Shown piece after piece: positions 42,901-53,009 of a stretch of 64,000 bases of DNA. The stretch is taken from positions 372,371 through 436,370 of the forward strand of contig JBHLJY010000001.1 of the NCBI GenBank assembly GCA_048887225.1. The letters run 5' to 3'. A program made the position numbers and the translations under genes. The notes beneath the pieces were generated by a model. It was not told where the DNA came from and ran no database searches. It saw only the letters and a program-made list of their open reading frames with translations. Within the stretch, counting starts at the first letter, position 1; each line of letters starts with the position of its first letter. Source of the DNA: Candidatus Hodarchaeota archaeon (GTDB lineage: Archaea; Asgardarchaeota; Lokiarchaeia; Sigyniarchaeales; SOKP01).

Positions 42901-44360
42901 TATATACTCCCGCATATTATAAAAACAAAGAATTAAAGAATTTCATCGATAACAAGTTATTGAAGTTAGTAAGAGAGAGAATAGGGAAAATTTTAGCTCT
43001 ATATGATTCCAGCATAAGAAACAGAACTTTAAGCGTAAATATGTTAGAACTTCAAAATCGAATAAGTGAGTTGAGTCTTGAAGAAATTGTAAGAGTTCAA
43101 TTTACTAATAAAATCAAAGAACTCCAAATCGATCAAACAAGAATTGAATTTATTAAGACTAAAAATTATTTTGATTCTATTATAGAAAACCATAAATTAG
43201 CTATTAATTCAATAAAAAACAACCTTGAACTTTTTGTTAATAAACAAAATTTTATAATTCAGGAATTTAATGATTTAAAAGCAGATTTAAACGAAAAAAA
43301 TTCAAAAATTTTTGAAGTTATTGAAAAGGCACATAAAGAATCGTATCTTAAAGTTAAGGAAAGTTTTAGAAATAAATGGAGAAAATTAGTCAATAAATTT
43401 GAACGAATTCAACAAAAAATTGAAGAAGATTTAAGATCATCTTTAAGCAATATTAATGATTCAAATAAAATGGAGCCTGAACTTGTCGAGTTTTTTGTTA
43501 AAAATAAAAATACCTTTTTAAAAGAACTTGAAGAAAAAGGAGAAAAGATTAATGCTGAGATTATTATTTTGAAAGATGAAGCTTTCCGTGGAAGATTAAT
43601 CAACTTCATTAACGAACGGAAGATACGTATAAGTCAAATGCTAGGTACACTTCAAGTAAGAGTTGAAGAGGACGTGGAAGCACGGGAATTTAAGAGGGCT
43701 TACTATAAAATTCAAAAAAGAGTTAACAATATTAATGCTCAAATTAAAATAATTAAAAAAAACATTAGGAATTTGACTAAAGAGTTTGAAAAATACTCTA
43801 AAGATTTTGAAACAAAAAACAAATATCTTTTAGACGACTTTAACAAATTTATCAATGAGTTTTATGAAGCTTTAATTGAAAAAGTAAAAAGCCTAGAACA
43901 ACTAATAATTAAAGCATTTGTTCAGATGGCTATTAAAGCGGTTGCTAATGAATTTCTCACGATTAGTTTTCTTTACCATGAGCTCAAAATAAAAAAGCAA
44001 AATCTTCAAGATCATTTAATTTACCTAATAAGCAATGGCGATTTAAATGGCAAATTCGATCCGCGCCTGAGTATTTATTACGAAAATCCAGAATTTATCG
44101 AAAATCTGGATGCAGACGAATTGGAGGTCTTTAAAAAGATTAATTTCAAGGCGTATTTATTTTGGAAACGATTTAAAAGCTTTACTAGCTTATATGGCCC
44201 AATAATTGGCTTCTTTGCTAGCATATTGGCTATAACATATTATATTTTTATATTTACCGGTGGCAACCCAGCCGCATTTGCTATCCCTGGAGTCTTTCTC
44301 TTATTTCTGATTATATATTTTCTCTTTAAGAGAGAAAAAGAAAAAAAAGTTAAGGTTTAA
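39939..44360 (+). CDS. Giant protein: prenyltransferase-repeat-like N-terminus, coiled coil, PCI-like winged helices, C-terminal TM pair
   Basis: PDIWSTYFAL, QFQKENGGFS..INTTFW; LIYLISNGDLNGKFD; hydrophobic C-terminus. Confidence 0.75.
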   Translation: MIKENLIFKEDLVDGKSGYPYITIFKKEPFRSFILLRKREIGSFYIRKYEEVVEFYQFFNKNLLKNKFLNLENIYWFLLLRKYLKQEKKDNKNKLYDFIRKCEFTKGDILGFKFSPYSNQKEPDIWSTYFALASMKLLGVLKEFFASHGQKRVIRGIKNFITLHNKGDIFLHCLDKDCEICKKMSSARTLYFALEVLRFLGIDTRLSKDLFRSYLSDRKRDPSIVFKLLCLKLLDLDFNVNDKTLQYLHQFQKENGGFSFKKINGRINTTFWLVYVLDIYQWLLDYNPMGIYSFINFELNEILSNSSNRSPIRIMELSKLIILLSFIWKKFINNIERLLFKQLEQEKYVDLNQIKTSFGLTHGIEEVISYINKYYIFNLRILDNKVELNNYIRDFNQEKKAFVLDLYDKIKENSIVSFKKKYLKKIKSKYYPESFKLKEDIFPLIKDMIQRNFLKGKIIKRRFELDFLLDKIIVSDTEINTDRLFYEKDRLKEIKNDIFNMTLKLRNTSSQIKEEIESYLILGEINLAKERLMYVLRDALMEADFLNENIENSFNEELYFVNIQAIFESEITRWNKLYSILSKDLNETKSYLNEKIAEKEEIRNLNNTLENLDEKIFTFKESINKKFDEFKKNLREVSEKYTDDEFSILLQNFEKIREIVSEFDKKFYEISQKIITKEENIIQKRKDVVNNWIRQMKELDDEFNFYSDGFNFFREHLNKIDYLKNAIIQEIKPIKEKARIKTKESQFKEAFNVIKVESDSLLKIKTREIKDLQESVNKAIKSKQKLYLLYKQLQEKLDNLEEYLLKEIAQQIKSLKTKVVEERNRAKIEDFDNFTSQEISNFKSMLNNYKKSLDPLSDKNVNDVINGFDNIQNNFDEIDRLYSKKLKNCKDLVEDFNEKSNVTIIQWDNFKEYFYNTIDILKEELINNIITEKINSIANERKTNTIKVIELKEELGLKCRVLMKKIKEMIEISKLNAKLYDTEKCVLLYTPAYYKNKELKNFIDNKLLKLVRERIGKILALYDSSIRNRTLSVNMLELQNRISELSLEEIVRVQFTNKIKELQIDQTRIEFIKTKNYFDSIIENHKLAINSIKNNLELFVNKQNFIIQEFNDLKADLNEKNSKIFEVIEKAHKESYLKVKESFRNKWRKLVNKFERIQQKIEEDLRSSLSNINDSNKMEPELVEFFVKNKNTFLKELEEKGEKINAEIIILKDEAFRGRLINFINERKIRISQMLGTLQVRVEEDVEAREFKRAYYKIQKRVNNINAQIKIIKKNIRNLTKEFEKYSKDFETKNKYLLDDFNKFINEFYEALIEKVKSLEQLIIKAFVQMAIKAVANEFLTISFLYHELKIKKQNLQDHLIYLISNGDLNGKFDPRLSIYYENPEFIENLDADELEVFKKINFKAYLFWKRFKSFTSLYGPIIGFFASILAITYYIFIFTGGNPAAFAIPGVFLLFLIIYFLFKREKEKKVKV

Positions 44361-44364
44361 TGTT

Positions 44365-46518
44365 TCAATCGTAATCTTTAATGCATTGAACGTAATCAGC
44401 CTGTTTTTTTAAATAACCTAAATTACATGCTTGATTAAAATAAAAATAGAATTTTTTATCAAATAAATCCTCCCCCCGAGCGAGATCTTGGAATTTTGAG
44501 AGTTTAATTTTCCCATTTTCATTTAATTTAGCAATATTAATTAAAGTCTTTATCTTCTTATTTAAATAAAATTTTCTTTCTTTTGAATTGATACTTTTTT
44601 TCCCTTTTATCTTTAAAACATTTTTTCTTAATTTGGACTCGTTTATTCTAATCAGATCCGTAATGAAGGATACTCCATAATTTTTAAGTTTCTTATATTC
44701 TGAACTTTTTGAAAAGTTATCAATTTCCGTAATAATTTTTTCAATTGAACGATTTGCTAAGATTTCCTTCTCTTTTTCTCTGTGTTCTTTAAAATTTTTA
44801 AAAATGTCCAACTTTGAAAAATTATTTGTATCAGTAGAAAACTCAATTTTCTTTCGTTTTAAGCTTTTATTTAATTCCAATTGTTCTGGCTCCATTAATA
44901 TCGAATTCATTGTATTTTCTTTTTTCTTAGCAACTATATGAAAAGGAACGTCAACTGTATTTTCAGTTAAAAGTATATAACAACGCCCTGGCGCGAATCT
45001 GCCAGTCCTTCCACGCCTTTGAATTAATCGGATTTCTGAAGGAACAGGTTCATAGAATATAATTGCGTCAACATTCGGAATATCTAATCCTTCTTCAGCT
45101 ACGCTCGTTGCGATTAAAATATTTATTTTGCCTTCTCTAAATTCCTGTAAGGTTTCGATTTGTTTATGCTGAGTAAAACCACAATCGTCTATTTTTGTTG
45201 TCTGACCAATAAACTTTTCAACAATTAATTCATCAGAAAATTTTTGATCTAATTTATTTTTTAATAATTCTGCCATTTCTCTATATTGCGTAAAAATTAT
45301 GATCTTTTTATTTTGAAACTCTTCGATTTCTTCTCTAATAATTGTGAATAATTTGCTTATTTTAGGATGAGATAAATTTGATTGATCTTCTTTTTCAATA
45401 CTAGATTTTATAAAATTATAATGTTTAGATTTAACTATCCTTTTAGCAGATAATATATCTCTATCTGCTTTTGATTGAATTTTTTCCAAAAAAGATTTAA
45501 AAAGCATAATATCCTGGGTTTCTAATAGATCTTTAGCGTGAAGAATGGAAATACAACTTGAGCAATAAGAAAATATTGATTGAATATTTAATTTGTTCTC
45601 TTTTACAAAATCTATAATTTTAGGAGATTGATAATATAATTGCGCTAATAAATCGTCGTTGAAAATTTGAGAATCGTGAGAATTCTCGTATTTCAACGAG
45701 TATGTTAAATCATGGCTTATTCTCAGAAAATCTAATTTGGAATAATATTTTTTATACGCATTAAGTAAATTTCGTTCAACAAAAAATCTTAAAAATTTAC
45801 GAAATAAATGATTCCAGACCTCACAAATTTCAAGAAGTTTTATTGATAAATCCACTCTCTCTATAAACGTATCGACATAATAAATATAGTCCTTTACATC
45901 GTGATCGTTAATAGTCTTGAAAATAATGTTTTCAACATATAAATTGTCACATAATTGCTGAATGTGTTCATAATCCTTTCCAGGAGAAGCAGTTAAGCCT
46001 AAAATCAAAGGATCTGAACAGCTGTTAATATATTCATTAGAAATGAAATTATAAGCGTAATTTCCCCTTGTTCTATGGGCTTCGTCAAATATTATTAAAG
46101 CAACATGCTTTAAATCATATCGACCTCTCATCAGGTCATTTTTTATTACTTGAGGTGTTGAAACGATGATTCTCGATTTGTTAAATAATACCATTCTTTT
46201 TTCTGGGGGTATTTTACCAGTTAGAAGTGTGATTTTTCCTTTATAGATATCAATAAATTTTTCACAAGAAGCTTTATGTTGTGAAACCAATGGTCTCGTA
46301 GGGGCTAATATAATTACTTTCCCTAAGGAATTATATTTCTTTAAGCAATTAGCAATTTGTAAAATCCCAATAATCGTCTTACCTAAACCAGTAGGTAAAA
46401 TTACTAAAGAATTTTTGTTTCTACATCGATTAACTATATTCTTCTGATAATGTCGATAAGAAATTTTGTTTTTTTTTAAGAATGGTCCATTAAAATACTC
46501 TATAGTATCAATACTCAT
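44365..46518 (-). CDS. Hef/FANCM-Mph1-like SF2 helicase
   Basis: LPTGLGKT, DEAHR, LTASPG, ATSVAEEGLDIP, QRRGRTGR. Confidence 0.92.
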   Translation of the reverse strand: MSIDTIEYFNGPFLKKNKISYRHYQKNIVNRCRNKNSLVILPTGLGKTIIGILQIANCLKKYNSLGKVIILAPTRPLVSQHKASCEKFIDIYKGKITLLTGKIPPEKRMVLFNKSRIIVSTPQVIKNDLMRGRYDLKHVALIIFDEAHRTRGNYAYNFISNEYINSCSDPLILGLTASPGKDYEHIQQLCDNLYVENIIFKTINDHDVKDYIYYVDTFIERVDLSIKLLEICEVWNHLFRKFLRFFVERNLLNAYKKYYSKLDFLRISHDLTYSLKYENSHDSQIFNDDLLAQLYYQSPKIIDFVKENKLNIQSIFSYCSSCISILHAKDLLETQDIMLFKSFLEKIQSKADRDILSAKRIVKSKHYNFIKSSIEKEDQSNLSHPKISKLFTIIREEIEEFQNKKIIIFTQYREMAELLKNKLDQKFSDELIVEKFIGQTTKIDDCGFTQHKQIETLQEFREGKINILIATSVAEEGLDIPNVDAIIFYEPVPSEIRLIQRRGRTGRFAPGRCYILLTENTVDVPFHIVAKKKENTMNSILMEPEQLELNKSLKRKKIEFSTDTNNFSKLDIFKNFKEHREKEKEILANRSIEKIITEIDNFSKSSEYKKLKNYGVSFITDLIRINESKLRKNVLKIKGKKSINSKERKFYLNKKIKTLINIAKLNENGKIKLSKFQDLARGEDLFDKKFYFYFNQACNLGYLKKQADYVQCIKDYD

Positions 46519-46602
46519 GTTGTATTTAATTAAAAGACTTTGAATATTAAAAATTGAGACAGTGTAGAATTTTTGAAATTTTAAGAACGTTGATTGGAAG
46601 TA

Positions 46603-47157
46603 TTATCTTTCTATTTTGGATGTTGGATTTGAAAGTTTCTTAGCGTAAGCTTCTTCCAAATTATTCCTTGCCAACCAATTTTTAGGATTTATTTCAAGAC
46701 CTTTTCCATAACATTCGATAGCTTTGTTATATTCATCATTATGCATATAAATATTTCCCTTATTAATCCAAGCGTCAACATTTTTTGGATCTAACTCGAT
46801 AATTTTATCGTAGCATTCGATCATTTTATTGTATTCTTGTATACTGCCATAACATAAGATAGCTTTATTAAATTCTTTCTTTGCAATATAAATACTTCCT
46901 AAATTATTCCACGCTTCTTGATGGTTTGAATCTAAATCTATTACTTTTTTATAGCATTTTATTGCTTTATCATATGCTTTCAATGCAAAAAATGCATTCC
47001 CCCTCTTTGACCAAGCGTAAATATTATTTGGATCGAGTTTAATGGCTTTATCATAACACTCTATTGCTTTATCAAATTGCTTATGAGCAGCATAGTTTAC
47101 TCCTTTTTTATTCCATTTCTTCGGAGATTTGATGCCTGATACGTTTATGTTCTCCAT
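46603..47157 (-). CDS. Tetratricopeptide repeat protein
   Basis: W.NKG..Y..AIECY..A..LDP repeats. Confidence 0.92.
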   Translation of the reverse strand: MENINVSGIKSPKKWNKKGVNYAAHKQFDKAIECYDKAIKLDPNNIYAWSKRGNAFFALKAYDKAIKCYKKVIDLDSNHQEAWNNLGSIYIAKKEFNKAILCYGSIQEYNKMIECYDKIIELDPKNVDAWINKGNIYMHNDEYNKAIECYGKGLEINPKNWLARNNLEEAYAKKLSNPTSKIER

Positions 47158-47291
47158 GAGATTTACAATTAAAAAAAAAATTCAGTTCAAATTTTATTCT
47201 ATATGAGAAGTAAAACAACAAATTTATTAAATTAAGGAAAAGTACTTTTTATAAAAAAATTTTATGGATGATAACCAAAAGTAAGTGTAGC

Positions 47292-50200
47292 TTATTTCTC
47301 ACGCTTTACGAAGACAAAATTCTCGTAAATTTTATGTTTTCCAAGCGCTACACTTAAATTATATCGTGCAGAAGCGTTATTAGGTTCGAATTCAAAGACT
47401 TTTTCATAGCACTCTATAGCTTTCTCAAATTCTTTTTTATAACCATACATGTTTCCCATATTAATCCACGCAACAGCATCCTTTGGATTTTTCTCTATTA
47501 ATTTTGCATAACAGTTAAAAATGGGCATTTGCCATGTTTCTTCATTATTCTGATCTATTTCAATAGCTTTTTGAAAATTTCGAGCAGCTTTATAAAAATC
47601 ACCTTGAATATAATATGCTTGACCCTTATTATGAATAGCTTTAATATATTTTGGATCCAGCTTTAAGGCTACGTTAAAAAACGCTACGGCTTTTTCGTAT
47701 TGTTTTTCTTTTATAAATACCGCACCTAAATTATTCCATGCCTCAACTATATTCGGGTTTAATTTTATTATTTCTTCGTAGCATTCAATTAATTTACTGT
47801 AATTTTGAGTATTTTCGTAATATTTTATTGCTTTTTCATATTCCTTTTTTGTTGTATATACATCACCTAAATTATTCCACGCTTCTTTATATTCTGGATT
47901 CAATCCTATCGCCTCTTCGTAGCACATAATCGCTTGATTTAATTTATGCTTATGTTGGTAAATTTTACCCATATTTATCCATATTTTAGGAATATTAGGA
48001 TTTAGATTGATAGCTCTTTCAAAATAAAAAAGTGCTTTATCGTATTTCTTCATAGTATAAGAGATATAGCCTCTGTTATTCAAGGCATCAACGTAATTTG
48101 GATCTAGCTTTATAGCTTTATCATAAGCGTGAATAGCTCTATGAGCTTCATTTTTAACCATATATGCGTTACCTAAGCTATTCCAAGCAACAGAATCATT
48201 TTCATCCAATTTAATCGCTTCATTATAGCACTCGATTGCTTTATCGTAAGCTCCCTTCGCAGCATATGCCTCTCCCCTGTTGGTCCACATATTAACAACT
48301 ATAGAGTCGGATTTGAGAACTCTATCGTAATACTCTATTGCCTTGTCGTAATCTTTTATGGCGGCATAAGCAACGCCAATACTATTTAATACCCTAATAT
48401 CAGAAGGATCAAATTCAAGCACTTTTTCGTAGCATACAATCGATTTATAATATAATTCTTGAGCGTCGTAAACAGTTGCTAATCGCATCCATGCTTCTCT
48501 ATAATTTCGATCTAGTTCGAGGGCTTTTTGATAACAATCAAGAGCTTTATCTAATTCTTCTTTGGATTGATATTTGATTCCCAAATCACACCATTCTCTT
48601 GGAGTTTTAAATTTTGCCATTTTCAATTCGAAGAGTTCTTCTAAATTCTTTCTTGCTACTACATTATTTGGATCAATTTCAAGTGCTTTTTCATAACATT
48701 CGATTGCCTTATTGTACTCTTTTTTATAGCTATACGTTTTTGCCATATTAATCCAAGAAACTTCATCGTACGGATTAGCTTTGGTGATTTCTTTATAGCA
48801 ATCAATTATTTTATCGTATTCATGAATATTTTCAAAGTATTTAATGGCTTGTTCGTATTCATTTTTGGCAAAATGCACATTTCCTAAGTTGTACCAAGCT
48901 TCATTAAGTCTTGGATCAAATTGAATTGCTTTTTCATAGCATTCAATAGCATTTTTATATCCTTTTTTGTAACTACCTGAACCTCCTACGTGATATAGTT
49001 CATATGCTGCAACATATACGTTTCCTGCTTTATTCCATACATTTGCATTTTTTGGGTCTAATTCAAGAGCTTTATCATAATATTTTATAGCTTTAAAATA
49101 ATCATTTTTAATGGCGTACACATTTCCTATGTTTATATACGCGTCAATCATATTAGGGTCTAATTTTATTGCTTTTTCGGAATAGTTTATAGCCTTGTGA
49201 TAATCCATTTTACCAGCATAGGCAATTCCTAGACTATTCCATATTTTAGGATAATCTGGATCCAATTCAAACGCCTTTTCATAACAATCAATGGCTTTAT
49301 CATACGATTTTTTGGCGACGAAAGCATCTCCTCGATTAATCCATAAGTCAAGAATAATAGAATCTGATTTAAAAACTTCGTCGTAATATTCGATTGCTTT
49401 ATCAAACTCTTCCTTCGCTGCGTATGCTACCCCTATACCATTCAGTGCTCTAACATCGGTTGGTTCAATCTCAAGACATTTCTGAAAGTACTCTATTGCT
49501 TTTTCATATTTTTTCTCTTTTAAGTAAGATTGTCCTATTTTGCTCAACGCATCTTTATAATTTGGTTCGAGTTCAAGTGCTTTTTCGTAATATTTTATAG
49601 CTCTATTGTATTCTTCCATTGTAAAAAACATATTTCCTACATTGCACCATTCTCCTGGAGATTTTGAAATAGAGAGTTTTTCATCGTAGAGTTCTTCTAA
49701 ATTGTTTGTTGCTAAGAGATTGCTTGGTTCTATATCCAAGATAAATTTAAAACATTCTATTCCTTGATCGAGCTCTTTTTTACGACTAAAGACGTGTCCT
49801 AATTTACTCCATAAATTAATATTATTTGGATTTAATTCGATTAATTCTTCGTAACATCTGATTAACTTATCGTAATCTTCTATCTTTTCATAACAGTCGA
49901 TCGCTTCATCGTATTCTTTTCTAAGGAAATATGCATTTCCTAAATTTCTCCAGGCAATAGTATTATCTGGATTTATCTCAAGTGCTTTTTTAAAACATTC
50001 GATTGATTTATGGTAAGCTTTTTTACTAGCAAATTTAGGTCCCATATCTTCCCCGTTACGAACACCTGCGTATACTTCTCCCATATTATTCCATATTTCA
50101 AAATTATTAGGAGTTAATTTTATGGCTTTTTCGAAACACCTTATTGCCTTTGAATATTTTTTTTTAGTAGCATAGATATTTCCTCTGTAATTCCATGCGT

Positions 50201-50537
50201 AAGCATCATTTGGATCTAACTCAGTTGCTTTCTTATAGTATTTAAAAGCGAGTTTGTATATTTTTAACGCAGTATAAGCGTGTCCCATATTTTGAATCGC
50301 TAGATAGAAATTAGGATCTAATTTTAGTGCCTCTTCATAGCATTCAATCGCTTTAATGTAGTCTTCTTTAGCTGCGTATGCGTTTGCCCGATTAGTCCAA
50401 ATATTTGGGTTCTTTTCTAGATTAAGGGCTTTATCGTAGCATTCTATTGCTTTATCATAATCTTTCTTAGCAGCATAAAATCTTCCTAAATCGTTCCATT
50501 CTTTAGCAGTTTTCAGTTCTGAAGTTGTAGAATTCAT
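47292..50537 (-). CDS. Large tetratricopeptide repeat protein
   Basis: Continuous TPR motifs over 1081 aa. Confidence 0.95.
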   Translation of the reverse strand: MNSTTSELKTAKEWNDLGRFYAAKKDYDKAIECYDKALNLEKNPNIWTNRANAYAAKEDYIKAIECYEEALKLDPNFYLAIQNMGHAYTALKIYKLAFKYYKKATELDPNDAYAWNYRGNIYATKKKYSKAIRCFEKAIKLTPNNFEIWNNMGEVYAGVRNGEDMGPKFASKKAYHKSIECFKKALEINPDNTIAWRNLGNAYFLRKEYDEAIDCYEKIEDYDKLIRCYEELIELNPNNINLWSKLGHVFSRKKELDQGIECFKFILDIEPSNLLATNNLEELYDEKLSISKSPGEWCNVGNMFFTMEEYNRAIKYYEKALELEPNYKDALSKIGQSYLKEKKYEKAIEYFQKCLEIEPTDVRALNGIGVAYAAKEEFDKAIEYYDEVFKSDSIILDLWINRGDAFVAKKSYDKAIDCYEKAFELDPDYPKIWNSLGIAYAGKMDYHKAINYSEKAIKLDPNMIDAYINIGNVYAIKNDYFKAIKYYDKALELDPKNANVWNKAGNVYVAAYELYHVGGSGSYKKGYKNAIECYEKAIQFDPRLNEAWYNLGNVHFAKNEYEQAIKYFENIHEYDKIIDCYKEITKANPYDEVSWINMAKTYSYKKEYNKAIECYEKALEIDPNNVVARKNLEELFELKMAKFKTPREWCDLGIKYQSKEELDKALDCYQKALELDRNYREAWMRLATVYDAQELYYKSIVCYEKVLEFDPSDIRVLNSIGVAYAAIKDYDKAIEYYDRVLKSDSIVVNMWTNRGEAYAAKGAYDKAIECYNEAIKLDENDSVAWNSLGNAYMVKNEAHRAIHAYDKAIKLDPNYVDALNNRGYISYTMKKYDKALFYFERAINLNPNIPKIWINMGKIYQHKHKLNQAIMCYEEAIGLNPEYKEAWNNLGDVYTTKKEYEKAIKYYENTQNYSKLIECYEEIIKLNPNIVEAWNNLGAVFIKEKQYEKAVAFFNVALKLDPKYIKAIHNKGQAYYIQGDFYKAARNFQKAIEIDQNNEETWQMPIFNCYAKLIEKNPKDAVAWINMGNMYGYKKEFEKAIECYEKVFEFEPNNASARYNLSVALGKHKIYENFVFVKREK

Positions 50538-50626
50538 TATTAGAATTATATTCTTATTTATTTTAATTAATCAATAATATTTTATATGAAACGACAATTA
50601 ATAAATTTTAAAATTTATTAAAAAAT

Positions 50627-50791
50627 TTACTTCCATTCACTCGACTGTCTAAACACAACCCCATCTATTATATATATTAACACGCCCCCAGCTATTTCGT
50701 TTATAATATAATGCTGTTTTACAGATAAGGTTGATAAGATTACACCAATAGCAATAATAAGAAAGATTATAATAATTAATTCTCTTTTATT
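50627..50791 (-). pseudogene. PAP2-superfamily phosphatase C-terminal remnant
   Basis: ILSTLSVKQHYIINEIAGG motif; in-frame TAA immediately upstream. Confidence 0.6.
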
Positions 50792-50802
50792 TTACCATAC
50801 TT

Positions 50803-52506
50803 TCAGAATTTTCGTTGATATTGAATTGTTTGTTGTCCATTTATTATTACCAATAAGAGAAAGGTGAAAATAATTGCTGCTCCTGCTAAAAATAAGACAA
50901 CTAATATCATATAATAGTAAATATAGCCTAGCATTAACGCTAAAGAACCATATAACATGCCATAGATGCCATAGATGAGCAAAATTCCAAACATTCCGAA
51001 TAAATTAAAAATTAATATCATCCAGCCCCAGATACTCTTTCTCCCATCATAATCTTTTCTTAATTTTAAAAGAGTTATAACTGCGAATATCATTAATCCT
51101 ATAGTAATTATTTGGACGCTGGTTTGAAAAACTAAAGGGATTAAAATAACCATTCCATATATGATTAAAATTAAAATGAAAAAGACCAAGCTGTAAACAA
51201 GAAATAATATTGCTACTATTAGAGTTATAATAAAGAGGGCTATTGTAAATCCTTCATAGAGTTTTGGACGGACTAATGGTAAATTAATTTGTTTTAAATT
51301 AAATCCACAATATATACAAAAGCGGGCATTAAATTTAACTGGCTTTCCACAGTTGACACAAAACTTAGCAGGGCTTCTTGGTGAGAATTGGGTGTATTCA
51401 GAAGTATATTTATCACTAAAAGTAGTACATACAATATCTTCATTAGCAACTATAATGCCTGTTTCAGGGCAGCGATAAGTTTTTTTAGCAATACTATTTG
51501 CTCGCATCAAAAAAATTAGAAGTAAAGCATAAGATAGAGTCCCTAATACTATATATATAATAATTAGAAGTATTTCAGCCAATAATGTGGCTTGGGCGTT
51601 AATAGAATACACGTAAAGTATGATCCAGACTGAAGAACTATTCCAGAGAAAGTGTATAGAAACCGGGATGAGCCAGAGAGGGATGAATCGTTTTAAAAAT
51701 TTTTTGAACTGATTTCCCATCGGGAGATTCTCTTCTCCTCGCTCAAATCGGAGTCTTTCTGCTCTCCCTGCTGCGAATCCGCCGAGTGATCCCCCTAATA
51801 TATGAATTGGAGCCCAATTTCTAATTGTAACCTGAAGATAAATATCAAATGCCCCTCCACCAGATACTATCGTAGAAATTAGATAAGAAATTAGTTCTAA
51901 AATCTCAAATGTTATTCCTATTATCATACCAAACAAAAATCCATTTAATTCATTTCCAAGCATGCCCTTCCCCTTTTGTTCTGAGTTTCTGTTTCTCTGC
52001 AATACTACGAAAAATGCTAAGATACTTGGAAATGCTTTCAGAAATTCTTCCACAAATGCGGGTGTAATAGCAATTGCACCGACTACATAGATTACTGACG
52101 CTAAAATTTCATCTTTTGTAAAAATTAAAACCCCTATTGCGGCAATATACCAGATATAATCGATTCCCGAATTCCAGTAGGCTGCGAAGTTAATTACACA
52201 TATCCCCATTAGGAAAAGCATTAATAAGAATTTAGTACGCCCCCCGACTAGTTTTTCACTCATGGGCCATTTTTTTGTTTTCCAAACAAATAATAATAAC
52301 CATAATGTGTAGATTGTTAAAGGCCCGATGACCATATAGCTATATATTATAATTAATTCCACCCAAGTGGGGATTTGCAAAAAAAATAAGACTATTAATA
52401 CGATTATAGCATAAATACCACATCCGAACAATGAAATTAACCAGATTATTTTCTTTCTGTTATCAAGCTTGACATTTGCAGGTTTATAAGGATTTTTCAT
52501 ACTCAT
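50803..52506 (-). CDS. PrsW-family intramembrane protease with zinc ribbon
   Basis: VEEFLK, FEILE, IH, IHFLWN; CVNCG..CIYCG. Confidence 0.85.
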   Translation of the reverse strand: MSMKNPYKPANVKLDNRKKIIWLISLFGCGIYAIIVLIVLFFLQIPTWVELIIIYSYMVIGPLTIYTLWLLLFVWKTKKWPMSEKLVGGRTKFLLMLFLMGICVINFAAYWNSGIDYIWYIAAIGVLIFTKDEILASVIYVVGAIAITPAFVEEFLKAFPSILAFFVVLQRNRNSEQKGKGMLGNELNGFLFGMIIGITFEILELISYLISTIVSGGGAFDIYLQVTIRNWAPIHILGGSLGGFAAGRAERLRFERGEENLPMGNQFKKFLKRFIPLWLIPVSIHFLWNSSSVWIILYVYSINAQATLLAEILLIIIYIVLGTLSYALLLIFLMRANSIAKKTYRCPETGIIVANEDIVCTTFSDKYTSEYTQFSPRSPAKFCVNCGKPVKFNARFCIYCGFNLKQINLPLVRPKLYEGFTIALFIITLIVAILFLVYSLVFFILILIIYGMVILIPLVFQTSVQIITIGLMIFAVITLLKLRKDYDGRKSIWGWMILIFNLFGMFGILLIYGIYGMLYGSLALMLGYIYYYMILVVLFLAGAAIIFTFLLLVIINGQQTIQYQRKF

Positions 52507-52793
52507 TTGGAAATCAAGTGTCTTTATTTGATTTTCTTTTTTGTTAATTTATAGTTTGAGTTATTTATTAGGTTTTTTTTTTAATAATTAAATCTTTTCT
52601 TTTAAAGCATATATTCTCTAAATACGAATTGATATAATTAAAAAAATGTAGTATTATACTTCCTCTATGTATGATAGATTTTTTTTGGTTTTATTCTCAA
52701 ACCAAAATAAGTAAATTGTTATTTTTTTAAGAAAATTTAAAAAGAGAATAAAAAAAAAAGATTAATTATTTTATAAATTGTTTGCTCTTTTAT

Positions 52794-53009
52794 TTAGAAG
52801 TATTTGATGGCAAGTAAAATGTCGTCGCGAGTCACTTTCTTTCTCTTGGCGTGTTTGGTTAAGGTAAGTGCGGTTTTTGTGATTTTTTCTGCACTCGCAC
52901 CCATCCAATCAACTAACTCATCTACAGCATCGCGAGCAACAATAATGGCCCCATTGTGTTTCATTAATCTTCTGATAGGGGACCAACTAATATATTCGGA
53001 ACCAGCCAT
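52794..53009 (-). CDS. Archaeal nucleosomal histone (HMf-like)
   Basis: PIRRLMK..VARDAV..HAKRKKVTRDDILLA. Confidence 0.93.
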   Translation of the reverse strand: MAGSEYISWSPIRRLMKHNGAIIVARDAVDELVDWMGASAEKITKTALTLTKHAKRKKVTRDDILLAIKYF

